A DNA stretch of 64,000 bases, from assembly GCA_963674745.2 (NCBI GenBank), contig CAXXDV010000001.1:1696001-1760000 (forward strand), read 5' to 3'. Below, one piece after another: positions 41,529-50,829 of this stretch (the stretch's first letter is position 1; the number at the start of each line of letters is the position of its first letter). The notes beneath the pieces were generated by a model. That model ran no database searches, was not told the origin of the DNA, and was given only the letters and a program-made list of their open reading frames with translations. A program made the translations under genes and the position numbers. Origin of the DNA: Desulfosudaceae bacterium (GTDB taxonomy: Bacteria; Desulfobacterota; Desulfobacteria; Desulfobacterales; Desulfosudaceae).

Positions 41529-41849
41529 ATGGAAGAATCGGAAAAATTTTTTGCGAGAATCATCTTTGGATGGACATGGCGTAGGTTTCTCACCTTATGC
41601 TTTACCATTAGCGCTATAGCTATATTGGTTTTCGCTACGTTTTCCCTTTTACCATCCGAATCTCATAAAACGACAAGTTGGAAAGAGATTCTTTTGCTTT
41701 CGCTACTCTTGGGGCCATTGGTGACAACCACCATTTTTCTATATTTTCGTTTCATCAAAGGCCCAATTTTATTATCGAGGCTGCAATCGAAAGGCAAAAC
41801 TGATACTATCGAGTTTTGTAATGAATTAATCAATAAAAACGGAACCTAA
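41529..41849 (+). CDS. Cassette 2 hypothetical 2-TM protein
   Basis: Bounded by GTTAGGTTCC / GGAACCTAAC; stop codon lies in R''. Confidence 0.7.
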   Translation: MEESEKFFARIIFGWTWRRFLTLCFTISAIAILVFATFSLLPSESHKTTSWKEILLLSLLLGPLVTTTIFLYFRFIKGPILLSRLQSKGKTDTIEFCNELINKNGT

Positions 41850-41966
41850 CAACACCATGCACTTGACTCGCAGGGGCGGGCTGCTTTTCAATTATCGAGG
41901 TTCGGTGTTAACGTGGCTTTGCAAAAGTCACCTTTCCCTGCTCCCAAGTGACGGTGGACGTTATGT
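41844..41966 (+). mobile_element. attC2 (123 bp)
   Basis: ACCTAAC...CACTTG...GCAGGG...CCCTGC...CAAGTG...GTTATGT. Confidence 0.88.
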
Positions 41967-41981
41967 GTATGAAAGGTTCGA

Positions 41982-42335
41982 ATGGATATAATCTTTGAAG
42001 CGAAAAAAGTATCCTATAATGAAGCCTTAGGTGGAGATATTGTCCAGATTTCATTTGACCAAGATGATCATGATGACATCCTTGAAAATCCGTATAAATA
42101 CCTTCTTATCTCTATCAATTATGAATTCCCTCCATTTGAGCCATCATTTGAGTGGTATGACGGCACTGAGTATGATGGCGGTGATGAAATCAAAAATTAT
42201 TCTTTTCAGCCTGATCATTTAATGATGCAATTGGAAAACGATTTGGTTTTTGATATTTCTTTTAAAATCGAAAAACCTCTTTTCGAAAAAATAGATCAAT
42301 TTTTTAAAAAGGTATTTAAAAGATTAAACACATAA
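41982..42335 (+). CDS. Cassette 3 hypothetical acidic protein
   Basis: Bounded by GTTATGTGT / ACACATAAC; stop codon lies in R''. Confidence 0.7.
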   Translation: MDIIFEAKKVSYNEALGGDIVQISFDQDDHDDILENPYKYLLISINYEFPPFEPSFEWYDGTEYDGGDEIKNYSFQPDHLMMQLENDLVFDISFKIEKPLFEKIDQFFKKVFKRLNT

Positions 42336-42390
42336 CGAACAAGGATAGATCGTGCGAGGTAACGAGCCACGATCTTATCCGGGGTTGAAC
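42330..42390 (-). mobile_element. Short attC-like site (61 bp) of the inserted element, inverted relative to array
   Basis: Minus: GTTCAAC-CCCGG-ATAAGATC-GTG..CAC-GATCTAT-...-GTTATGT; extra base in the minus-strand 5' arm. Confidence 0.65.
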
Positions 42391-42584
42391 AAGCCCGCTG
42401 AACTTTCACTATAAGAAAATATTTAATTTGGGATAGAGGGCAAAAGGCGTGAACCTGGAAAGTGCTTTTTTTGCAGGGCGCAGGGATCCCTTAACCTGAA
42501 GGCAGGTTTTAAAAAGACAATTTTGTTCATGGGTGTGATTGCCTCCTGTTTTTTGTTGTGCCGGGTCATAACCGGGGCAGCGTT

Positions 42585-43640
42585 TTATCCCGGCTTCCAG
42601 GCCGCGTAACGGAACCCTTTGATGACCATCGGGATGTGGCAACGGGGGCACTTTACAGCAGGTCTCGGGCGTTGGATCTTTATTCCTAGCCGGACATGCA
42701 GGATCAATTGCACCAGTTGCAACGTCTTTTTGGCGTTGCCGTGGAGGAACCCGTAATCACGTACCCTGCGGAAGCCCTTGGGCAGGACATGCTGCAGAAT
42801 AAGCTGGAGAAAATTTTCTCCGTCAAGCGTGCGATAACGGGTATGGCCGGTGTTGCTTTCCGTGTATCGGAAGGTGACCCGGCCATTTTCATTGGCCACG
42901 ATGTTCTTTTCACTGATGACGCCCCGGTATAAGTACCGGGACAGGTACTTTATGGCCGGGAGCCCGTTACCGACCTTTTCACAATCCACGACCCATTTTG
43001 CAGGTGTATTTTTAGGCACATAAAGGCCGGCTTTTCTTAAAGCGGCCAGAAAACGGGCACGAAAGACCGTGGCCAGGTTAAACTCATTAAACAGATATTT
43101 TCCTTTTTTCTTTTTCCATTGTCGCCGGCGCTTATCAATCCCGCCGCCGGGCACCACCACATGGATATGAGGATGATAATCCAGACTTCGGGTGTTCGTA
43201 TGCAGAACCATGGTCAAACCGATTTCTGCGCCCATTTGCTTCGGGTTTAAGCCAAAATCCTTGAGTGTTTCGGACACACAGGAAAAGAAGATTGAATATA
43301 CATCCCGCTGATTGTTCCAGGCCAGCGGACGGAGTTCAAACGGCAGCGTAAACGTCGCCATAAAGTAAAGCACCGGAAGCAGTTTCTCCTGCTGCCGGTC
43401 GATCCACTGACTGGCCTCATGATTCTGGCATTTGGGGCAGCTCCGGTGCCCGCAGGACATTGGTTTCCATTGTCCATGTTGGCAGCCGGGGCACTGAACG
43501 TAAAATTCTCCGGAGGCAGGAGTGCGGCACCTGCGTATGGCACGCAAGGCTTTAAGATGCCCCGGCAAGGCTTTTTGGCCGTGCTTTTCCATAAACCTGT
43601 CAGCGTACTGATCAATAATTGATGCCAGTTCCATAATCAT
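42585..43640 (-). CDS. IS91-family rolling-circle (HUH/Y2) transposase with Zn-binding domain
   Basis: CRT...CPGC...[16 protein letters not shown] (HUH), YLSRY (Y2), [14 protein letters not shown]. Confidence 0.92.
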   Translation of the reverse strand: MIMELASIIDQYADRFMEKHGQKALPGHLKALRAIRRCRTPASGEFYVQCPGCQHGQWKPMSCGHRSCPKCQNHEASQWIDRQQEKLLPVLYFMATFTLPFELRPLAWNNQRDVYSIFFSCVSETLKDFGLNPKQMGAEIGLTMVLHTNTRSLDYHPHIHVVVPGGGIDKRRRQWKKKKGKYLFNEFNLATVFRARFLAALRKAGLYVPKNTPAKWVVDCEKVGNGLPAIKYLSRYLYRGVISEKNIVANENGRVTFRYTESNTGHTRYRTLDGENFLQLILQHVLPKGFRRVRDYGFLHGNAKKTLQLVQLILHVRLGIKIQRPRPAVKCPRCHIPMVIKGFRYAAWKPG

Positions 43641-44541
43641 ACCTTTCTAAAATCAACATGGATTGTATTTATCAACTCATTTAAGACAGTCAGGCTGTCC
43701 TGCTCCGTTATATCGCTTAGATGCGTATAACGTGCTGTTGTGGAGGGACTGGCATGGCCAAGCAGGGCCTGGATGTGACGGAGGCTTAAGCCGCGTTCAA
43801 GCAGGTGGGTGGCAAAACTGTGACGCAGGGAGTGAATGGATACTTTTTTTTAATGCCGCATTCGGCGACGACCACTTTCATGGCTCTCTGACAGCCGCCT
43901 TTATCCATAAAGTTGGTGGCCGCCCGGATGGTTTCTAAAGAACCCTTGCAATTGGGGAATAACAAATTAGGATGACGATGCTTACGCCAAAGCTCCCGCA
44001 GGCCCTCCAACGTAAGATCCGGCAATGGCAGCATTCGGTCCTTATGACCTTTACCCCGGCGGATATGGACCTTTTTGCGTTCAGCATCAATGTCCCCGAT
44101 CTGAAGGGACAACGTCTCTTCCAGACGCAATCCCATGGAATAGGTTGTCAGCAGAAATACCCGGTAACGCAATTTCTTGGTTTTGCCGATGATCCGTTCA
44201 ACTTCGGAAACGGTAAGAATGTCCGGTATGGTTTTGACTTTCGGCGGTTTGACGATCTTGATCCATTCCCAGTCCTTTCCGAGCACATACCGCCAGAAGA
44301 ACTGCAAGCCGTTACGGTCAACCCTGACCGTGCTCCAGGAATGGCTATCCACCAGCTGAGAGAAATAACCTTCCAACTGTTCCGGACGCAAATGGTCGGG
44401 ACAACAATCAAAATGGTTACGAATGCGGCGGACTGAACGGGCATAGAGATCAATGGTCCTCGGACTCATCCCCTGAAGCTTGAGCAACTCCAGGTGCCGC
44501 TCATAAAGCCGGTTGAAACGTTTTACTTCCGAATCGTTCAT
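43637..44541 (-). CDS. Tyrosine recombinase (SAM-like N-domain), complete only via -1 frameshift at 43843-43851 (~301 aa)
   Basis: Frame 1 has GLRLEE and GKGHKDR; -1 frame continues [17 protein letters not shown]...[15 protein letters not shown]; stop overlaps transposase start (ATGA). Confidence 0.88.
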
Positions 44542-44628
44542 GGTATACTCCTTTTATTGGGGGTGCCCGTAATTGAGCACGTATTGGAGTATACCTTGTT
44601 TTTTATTAATCCGCCGCGTAGCGGCTTC

Positions 44629-44752
44629 GTTCAACAACGCCACTCACACTGACTCGCAGGGGCGGGCTGCTTTTTAATTATCGAAGTTCGGGGTTAACGT
44701 GGCTTTGCAAAAGTTACCATTCCCTGCTCGCCGGTGGTGGCGGACGTTATGT
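44629..44752 (+). mobile_element. attC4 (124 bp; probably the original attC of cassette 3)
   Basis: GTTCAAC-AACGCCACTCAC...GTGGTGGCGGAC-GTTATGT; central part close to attC2. Confidence 0.85.
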
Positions 44753-44776
44753 TTCGAAAAATATTAGGAGGTCCAC

Positions 44777-45061
44777 ATGGGATCAGATGATATTCAAGAA
44801 CAGCGTATTAATGGAGCAAAAGGAATTATTTCAAGTGCCAATATCTTAGCAATTGACGCTGGAATTGAGATTAATGACTCCATTTGGAATAAACGTCAGG
44901 GGATTGACAATCGAGAGTTACATACACTCGAACTTGTTAGAGATGGAAAAACAGTAAGTGGTGAATTCGACGTGGAGGAATTGGAAGACTATCCGGGTAA
45001 AGTTGGAACCGAAAAGACAGATTCCAAATTACGAACAATGATCCGTGAATTAAGCAAGTAA
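44777..45061 (+). CDS. Cassette hypothetical protein
   Basis: AGGAGG RBS; bounded by GTTATGTTT / AAACATAAC. Confidence 0.7.
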   Translation: MGSDDIQEQRINGAKGIISSANILAIDAGIEINDSIWNKRQGIDNRELHTLELVRDGKTVSGEFDVEELEDYPGKVGTEKTDSKLRTMIRELSK

Positions 45062-45125
45062 AACGATAGAACAACAATACACCGCAACTTTTTATGTTTG
45101 ATAAATAATTGAAATAAGAGAGAAA

Positions 45126-45249
45126 ACATAACAACGCCACTCACACGGACTCGCAGGGGCGAGCTGCTTTTGTTTTGGCGTAATTTGGAGTTGAACTCAC
45201 TTTAGCGAAGTCCGCAAACCCTGCTCGCCGGTGGTGGCAGACGTTCGGA
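45126..45249 (+). mobile_element. attC5 (124 bp)
   Basis: ACATAAC-AACGCCACTCAC...TTTAGCGAAGTCCGCAAACCCTGCTCGCCGGTGGTGGCAGAC-GTTCGGA; close to attC1. Confidence 0.88.
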
Positions 45250-45254
45250 CCAAT

Positions 45255-45818
45255 ATGAATCTTACTCCAGCAGACGATCTTAAAAATTTACTTAGCGAGC
45301 CGCAATATTGGATAAATAAAGCTGAAGCCCTTCGTGCGTCTGCTGGTGCAATATGGTATTGTCAACATTCCGTTCAGCATACTGATATCAATCAGGCGCT
45401 TGGCACCGATCCTCCAATTCAAATTAGCGGAGATATTTGGCAAGTTTATAGAATGTTATGTGGCATGTCTTTAGAGCTTGCCTATAAGGCCAGCCTTATC
45501 GCATTAGGCAAAGATATAAAAACAACACACAATCTAGTTTGGCTTGCTGAACAAGTTTGCTTTTCTTTAACCCAAAAAGAACACGGGTTACTCGCATTAC
45601 TATCAGAGTGTGTTATTTGGCAAGGCCGATATCCTGCTCCCAAAGATGATTTATCATTGGAATATTTTGTATATCTCCATTATGAAAATTTGTTTCGTAA
45701 GGTCACCACTGGTAATCTTACAGTCCTAAAGCCCTTAGAACCAGACCCTTTAGATTGGGAAGGTTATAATGAGCTATGGAAATCAGCAATTGCAGCATAT
45801 GAATGGCATAAATCCTAA
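45255..45818 (+). CDS. Cassette protein, HEPN-like
   Basis: SLELAYKA...THNLVWLAE...WQGRYP pattern; stop codon lies in R''. Confidence 0.5.
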   Translation: MNLTPADDLKNLLSEPQYWINKAEALRASAGAIWYCQHSVQHTDINQALGTDPPIQISGDIWQVYRMLCGMSLELAYKASLIALGKDIKTTHNLVWLAEQVCFSLTQKEHGLLALLSECVIWQGRYPAPKDDLSLEYFVYLHYENLFRKVTTGNLTVLKPLEPDPLDWEGYNELWKSAIAAYEWHKS

Positions 45819-45936
45819 CCAGAAAGCGCAAAGGACAGCCAGGGCAGGCTTTGTTGTTCAACCCTGGTAATTTGAAAGTTTAAACTATAATCAAGTCAGG
45901 TGTGGCCCTGGCTGTACTTGGCTTCAGAAGTTCTAC
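45813..45936 (+). mobile_element. attC6 (124 bp, second sequence family)
   Basis: TCCTAAC...ACAGCCAGGGC...GCCCTGGCTGT...GTTCTAC. Confidence 0.7.
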
Positions 45937-46063
45937 AATAAAAAAAAGGGGGGGGGTGTGATGCCCCACCGAAAGTTCTGGTTGCCGAGAAAACATAGTA
46001 GTCATAATGTATAGAAGAATAATCCATCCAGATAGAACGATAAAAATTCAAGAGCATTTCAAA

Positions 46064-46858
46064 ATGCCTACTGTCTACCTCGACCATTGGGCGTTAAACG
46101 ATATTGCCCTTAATGAAGAGTTGCGAAAAAAGTTTATTCAAGTCATGAATGAAAACGGTGGGACTTTTCGCCTTTCCGTCGTTAATATGACCGAATTGTC
46201 GAAACAAGCTGACAGATCTCAAATTGATTCAATTCTTGATATGATCAATAGCATTTTTGACTGTGGCCTCATAAATATAGATCCTAGTGAAGTAATAAAG
46301 AAAGAAAACATCTTAATAGATGATCTTGATTCAATTGCCCATGTCATGAACCCTTCTGCAGAGTTAGATTTTGTTTCAACATATCTCATGGCCCATAACT
46401 ATCCAACACATTGGCATGTTTCGGAGATAATCAAAACGGTTATCGGGGAACTACCATCAAAACGCCTTACTAAAAGCAATGAAAAATTTTTGGAAGACAT
46501 GCAGAATCTTCTTAAAATTGGCCGAAATGATTTAAGTAGTTTGAATAGGGCAAAGTCTAGGTTTCATAGACTAAAAAAAAGTGGCCCTAAGTATCAAACA
46601 GCAACAAGAGAACTCTTACAAATGGCAGTTGGTTTTGTGATGCGAAACCAGAATATGAAAATGACTCAGTACAGTGAGTGGGACGATCTTTTTCATCTAA
46701 TCGTTCCGGTATCATATTGTGATATTGTTCTGCTAGATAGACGGTGGAAAACATTTATAAATCAAACTGGGTTTTCGTTTCCTGATATTGCGATGGTATT
46801 CGATAAACGAACAATCGCTGATTGCTTTAAAACCATTTCAGAATGGAACCTAAGCTAA
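46064..46858 (+). CDS. Hypothetical protein, PIN-like motifs
   Basis: VYLDHWAL N-terminus; DLFH...YCDIVLLD C-terminus; start could be 46007. Confidence 0.5.
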   Translation: MPTVYLDHWALNDIALNEELRKKFIQVMNENGGTFRLSVVNMTELSKQADRSQIDSILDMINSIFDCGLINIDPSEVIKKENILIDDLDSIAHVMNPSAELDFVSTYLMAHNYPTHWHVSEIIKTVIGELPSKRLTKSNEKFLEDMQNLLKIGRNDLSSLNRAKSRFHRLKKSGPKYQTATRELLQMAVGFVMRNQNMKMTQYSEWDDLFHLIVPVSYCDIVLLDRRWKTFINQTGFSFPDIAMVFDKRTIADCFKTISEWNLS

Positions 46859-47221
46859 TTATAGTTTTGTTCTGGGGTTAACTGGCGCTGGTCAAGCCAC
46901 GTATTCAGGTTAGAGGATTGAGAGGAAACAACAAAACTCAATATATTATTGTACATATCTATTGGGTTCGATCTTCAGAAAGGGAAAGTCAGCCTTGAAA
47001 ACTTTTCGTCAAACGATATCAGCGCAGTCTTGCACCTGCCGCTAAAATCCGCTTAAATCATCATAATAACTAGCAATATCAATTACTAAAGCCCTTTTGG
47101 CTGTTTTCACACACATTTCATATTAAGTTCATAATTATTCCAAAAACATCAATTATGCTTTGGTTAAAGATGAGACGAATAAAGGGTGAGGAACCGAAAA
47201 ATTAAAAAAGTGGAGGTAATT

Positions 47222-48556
47222 ATGAATGAGAACAACATGTTAAGTGATTCGCCGGGAGAAACAAACAATTCTGTTGGTTTTAAGATGGTAATAATTTTTG
47301 TTTTGATTCTTGCCCTGTTAATTCCCTCTGCAATGGTTAAATCACTGATACGGGAAAGGGAAAGCAGAAAGCATGATGTGATTAACGAAATCAGTTCAAA
47401 ATGGGGGGAGGCTCAGACCATAACAGGTCCGGTCATATCAATACCGTACAAACATCATGTAATTGATAAAAATGGAAAAAGAACTGAAACAACAAAGTAT
47501 ATGCACTTTCTGCCGGACAGATTAGACGTGAAAAGTGAGATATTACCGGAAATCCGCTACAGGGGAATCTACGAAACAGTATTGTATAATACAAAAACAT
47601 TATTAAACGGTAGTTTTTCATATCCTGAAGTTAGCGAAATGAATGTTCCAATCGAGGACATCGTGTGGACAGGCGCGTTTATATCTGTCGGGATATCAGA
47701 TATGCGTGGTATTAAAGATCAGATTACCGCGAGCTTTAACAAAGATGTCATCACAATGAATCCCGGAATTGAAACAAATGATGTCATCTGTTCAGGCATC
47801 AGCTCAAAGATCCGTCTTCATGATCAGACAAAAGAATATAAGTTCAGTATGGCAATAAACCTGAACGGAAGCCATATTTTAAACTTCGTTCCTGTCGGCG
47901 AAACAACATTTGTGTCTATGAATTCAACCTGGCCGGATCCAAGTTTTGGTGGCGCCTATGTCCCAAATACTTATGATGTCAGCAAGGATGGGTTTAAAGC
48001 CGAATGGAAGGTCCTGCATCTGAACAGGAACTATCCTCAGCACTGGACCGGAGACAGATATAATCTGAACGCTTCATCTTTCGGCGTTAAACTATTCATG
48101 CCCGTGGATACTTACCAGAAAACGGACCGGATCGCGAAATACGCTTTAATGTTCATTGTTTTCACCTTTTTGGCATTCTTTTTTTCTGAAGTTATGAACA
48201 AACTGAGGGTTCATCCGATACAATATCTGCTGGTCGGATGTGCTATCGTTATTTTTTATTCACTCCTTATATCCATATCAGAACACATTAACTTTAACCT
48301 CGCTTATCTGATTTCAAGCTTGGCAACAGTTATCCTTATTACAGGCTACGCAAAAAGTATCCTTAAAAGTAAACGTTTGTCCAATATGGTTGGCGCTGTC
48401 CTTACGTCCCTTTACATATATATGTATATTCTGCTCCAGCTTGAAGATTACGCTTTGTTAATGGGCAGCATGGGGCTTTTTGTTGTGCTCGGCATAATCA
48501 TGCACCTGACACGCAGGATCGACTGGTATTCAATTAAACTTGAAACCAGTAAATAA
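47222..48556 (+). CDS. creD: Inner membrane protein CreD
   Basis: LIRERESR, RYRGIY, WPDPSFGG, RIAKYALMFI, VHPIQYLLVG, LSISEH-like motif. Confidence 0.9.
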   Translation: MNENNMLSDSPGETNNSVGFKMVIIFVLILALLIPSAMVKSLIRERESRKHDVINEISSKWGEAQTITGPVISIPYKHHVIDKNGKRTETTKYMHFLPDRLDVKSEILPEIRYRGIYETVLYNTKTLLNGSFSYPEVSEMNVPIEDIVWTGAFISVGISDMRGIKDQITASFNKDVITMNPGIETNDVICSGISSKIRLHDQTKEYKFSMAINLNGSHILNFVPVGETTFVSMNSTWPDPSFGGAYVPNTYDVSKDGFKAEWKVLHLNRNYPQHWTGDRYNLNASSFGVKLFMPVDTYQKTDRIAKYALMFIVFTFLAFFFSEVMNKLRVHPIQYLLVGCAIVIFYSLLISISEHINFNLAYLISSLATVILITGYAKSILKSKRLSNMVGAVLTSLYIYMYILLQLEDYALLMGSMGLFVVLGIIMHLTRRIDWYSIKLETSK

Positions 48557-48704
48557 AATGAGGACAGAACCAAATGCTTGTCATGATGTATCTACGAACT
48601 GACGAACTGTGGTCGGACCAAGCGAACATACTGATTTAAACAATACAAGTCCAAACAATGCAAAATAAGGCTTAGAATGCTCTTTTGGTGGCGTTTAGGA
48701 AAAT

Positions 48705-49196
48705 ATGAAGAATTTTCTATTTATAATCGTATTCATCCTTCCCTTTATTGCATGGGCAGAAGATGTGTTGCCTACTGCGGATAAAGTCCTGGTTGATAAA
48801 TCTAGAAAAACAATGTGGCTTATTGCGGATGGAAATCGTTACCGAGAATACAAGATTTGTTTAGGTGACAATCCTGTTGGGCACAAACAAGAGCAAGGGG
48901 ATGAACGGACGCCAGAAGGCAATTATATAATAGATTACAGAAATCCTAAAAGCAGTTACCACCTATCCCTCCACATCAATTATCCTGATAAACAAGATAA
49001 AGAAAATGCCAAAAAGAAAGGGGTTGACCCAGGAGGGGATATCTTTATTCATGGTCTTCCCAATGGATTTGGAAAAATGGCATTCATTTTTAATGGCCGG
49101 GATTGGACTGATGGTTGTATCGCAGTGACAAACAAAGAAATCGAAGAAATATGGAAGCTGGTAAATAATAACACTCCGATTGAGATACTTCCATGA
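48705..49196 (+). CDS. L,D-transpeptidase (YkuD family)
   Basis: GDERTPEG, IFIHG...WTDGCIA. Confidence 0.88.
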   Translation: MKNFLFIIVFILPFIAWAEDVLPTADKVLVDKSRKTMWLIADGNRYREYKICLGDNPVGHKQEQGDERTPEGNYIIDYRNPKSSYHLSLHINYPDKQDKENAKKKGVDPGGDIFIHGLPNGFGKMAFIFNGRDWTDGCIAVTNKEIEEIWKLVNNNTPIEILP

Positions 49197-49340
49197 TTCT
49201 ATTGGTCACGTTTGTAGGGGAACAAACTTTGACCTGGTGCTTTCGGTGCAACAAGAATAAAAAATTATTTCCGATGACTAAAAATCTTTTTTGTTGTTAA
49301 TGAAAAATGATATACCTTTAATGAAGAATAAACAGAAAAA

Positions 49341-49826
49341 ATGGAAAAGCAAACCATGAATGAATTCAATAAAAGCCAACGCCTTAAACCAGGGAATCAG
49401 AAACCGAAGAGTCAATCGCGAGGCAACGCCCGAAAAAAACAAACAACAGACATTCCCCCTTATTTAAAATTTCTTTTGGATGAGCTGGCCCCGGCCATCA
49501 AGAACTATTTGAATCAGGCGGCGGAAAGCAAGGCACGGGTTGCAGAAGCCAGGGAAAAAAGCGCTGAGGCTGTTGAAAAACTAGTGGAAAATCTGCCTGA
49601 GATTATTCAGCAGACGGCTCCCACCAGAAGCATACCGAGCAGAAGAAAAATTAGCCCTAAAAAACAAGAGGTGCTGGACCTGATAAACAAACTCCGTGAT
49701 GAAGAAGAGATGACCTACGAAGAGGTGGCGGCCTACCTTATAGAGAACAACATCCCCACTTTTTCCGGGAGAGGTCGCTGGCATCAACAGACCATTCACC
49801 GGTTGTATATGTATCCACCTGATTAG
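49341..49826 (+). CDS. Coiled-coil protein with C-terminal recombinase-type HTH
   Basis: MTYEEVAAYLIENNIPTFSGRGRWHQQTIHR; paralog at 56498. Confidence 0.65.
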   Translation: MEKQTMNEFNKSQRLKPGNQKPKSQSRGNARKKQTTDIPPYLKFLLDELAPAIKNYLNQAAESKARVAEAREKSAEAVEKLVENLPEIIQQTAPTRSIPSRRKISPKKQEVLDLINKLRDEEEMTYEEVAAYLIENNIPTFSGRGRWHQQTIHRLYMYPPD

Positions 49827-49887
49827 CAAACGCCTGATATTTTCTACATATGACTCAAGGAAATTGATTGTTGGAGCAAAAAGGCGG

Positions 49888-50652
49888 TTAATCGAAATGT
49901 TCTTTTCCCAGCTTCTTTTTAACTTTTGTCCGCAGGCTGATCATTACGTTCTTATATTCCAGGGCCAGCTTGTGTAAATCTTCGGACATGCCGCTTGAAA
50001 ATTTCTGGAACAGTTTGATTTTGATGTGGGCGTATTCCTGCAGGTCCTCTTGGCTCATGTGGCCGATGAAAAATTTCAGCATTTTTTCCCTGAGCGGCCG
50101 GGATGAATTAAACAGAAGCATCAGGACCATGTTGTCGGCCATATGGGCGATGAGTTCCTGGCTTTCAAGTTCATAGAAAGCGGCCATATCTTCGTCATCA
50201 ATGTGTTCCAGGGCCAGCTCGAGAAGGTCTTTCATTTTTTTCAGGTCACGGGGAGAGGCTTTTTTCGAGGCCAGAAGGATGGCCTGGGGGAAGAAAAATT
50301 CCCAGAATTCGGACAATTCATCAAAAACATATTGATTGAAAACAACATCGTCCCGATTAATTTCCCGGGGCGCAAGGGCCAACATCCGCAAAAAGTCCAG
50401 GCCGGCGTTTTCAAGATAGTCTTTGACGTATATGCCGTCGCCCTGGCGTATTTCCAGCAGCTGCATCCCCTCGAGCTGTTTTAAGGCAACACGCAGCGAC
50501 GTTCGGTCAACACCGGTTTCCCGGGTCAGCTCTTTTTCCGTGGGAAGCTTTTCGCCGGGTTTTAATTCCCCGGTAAAAATTCTGGACATCAGCTCGCCGG
50601 CGACCACTTCATGTCGCTGCGTGTTCTTCAGCGGTTTCGATTCTTTATTCAT
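49888..50652 (-). CDS. GntR/FadR family regulator
   Basis: GELKPGEKLPTEKEL...VDRTSLRVALKQL...RQGDG; start uncertain (up to 50718). Confidence 0.85.
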   Translation of the reverse strand: MNKESKPLKNTQRHEVVAGELMSRIFTGELKPGEKLPTEKELTRETGVDRTSLRVALKQLEGMQLLEIRQGDGIYVKDYLENAGLDFLRMLALAPREINRDDVVFNQYVFDELSEFWEFFFPQAILLASKKASPRDLKKMKDLLELALEHIDDEDMAAFYELESQELIAHMADNMVLMLLFNSSRPLREKMLKFFIGHMSQEDLQEYAHIKIKLFQKFSSGMSEDLHKLALEYKNVMISLRTKVKKKLGKEHFD

Positions 50653-50829
50653 GATGTCAGGGTTCCCGGTTAAACCGTTCTTAAAGTTTTTTGCTTGACT
50701 AAATACATATGACGCCATAAAAATGAAATCAATAAATTTGTTTAATCAATTTTATCGATTTGTTTAATACATTAAAAAATCAGATTTTACAATTTTTATT
50801 TTTCAGGATCAACCAATTAAGGAGGGGAC

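Larger units (their letters stand above)
42336..44634 (-). mobile_element. IS91-like element with tyrosine recombinase, inserted in R'' of an attC
   Basis: Ends GTTGAACAAGCCCGCT / AGCGGCTTCGTTCAAC; removal restores ACATAACAACGCCACTCACAC, same as the start of attC5. Confidence 0.8.

Noticed and set aside
43637..44541. Recombinase as the integron integrase IntI
   Set aside because: No visible IntI-specific insertion between KDR and the HxLRH box; lies mid-array and is coupled to an IS91-type transposase
41398..45249. Repeats as a CRISPR array
   Set aside because: Repeats are ~124 bp, imperfect, separated by whole genes and carry attC cores; no cas genes
45940..45956. A8G9 homopolymer as phase-variable switch
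   Set aside because: Intergenic, with no identifiable promoter elements around it
46845..46930. attC closing the PIN-like gene
   Set aside because: ACCTAAG instead of RYYYAAC and no convincing hairpin; cassette status uncertain
48557..48704. Degenerate attC between creD and the L,D-transpeptidase
   Set aside because: Only ACAGAAC and GTTTAGG-like words; no paired arms
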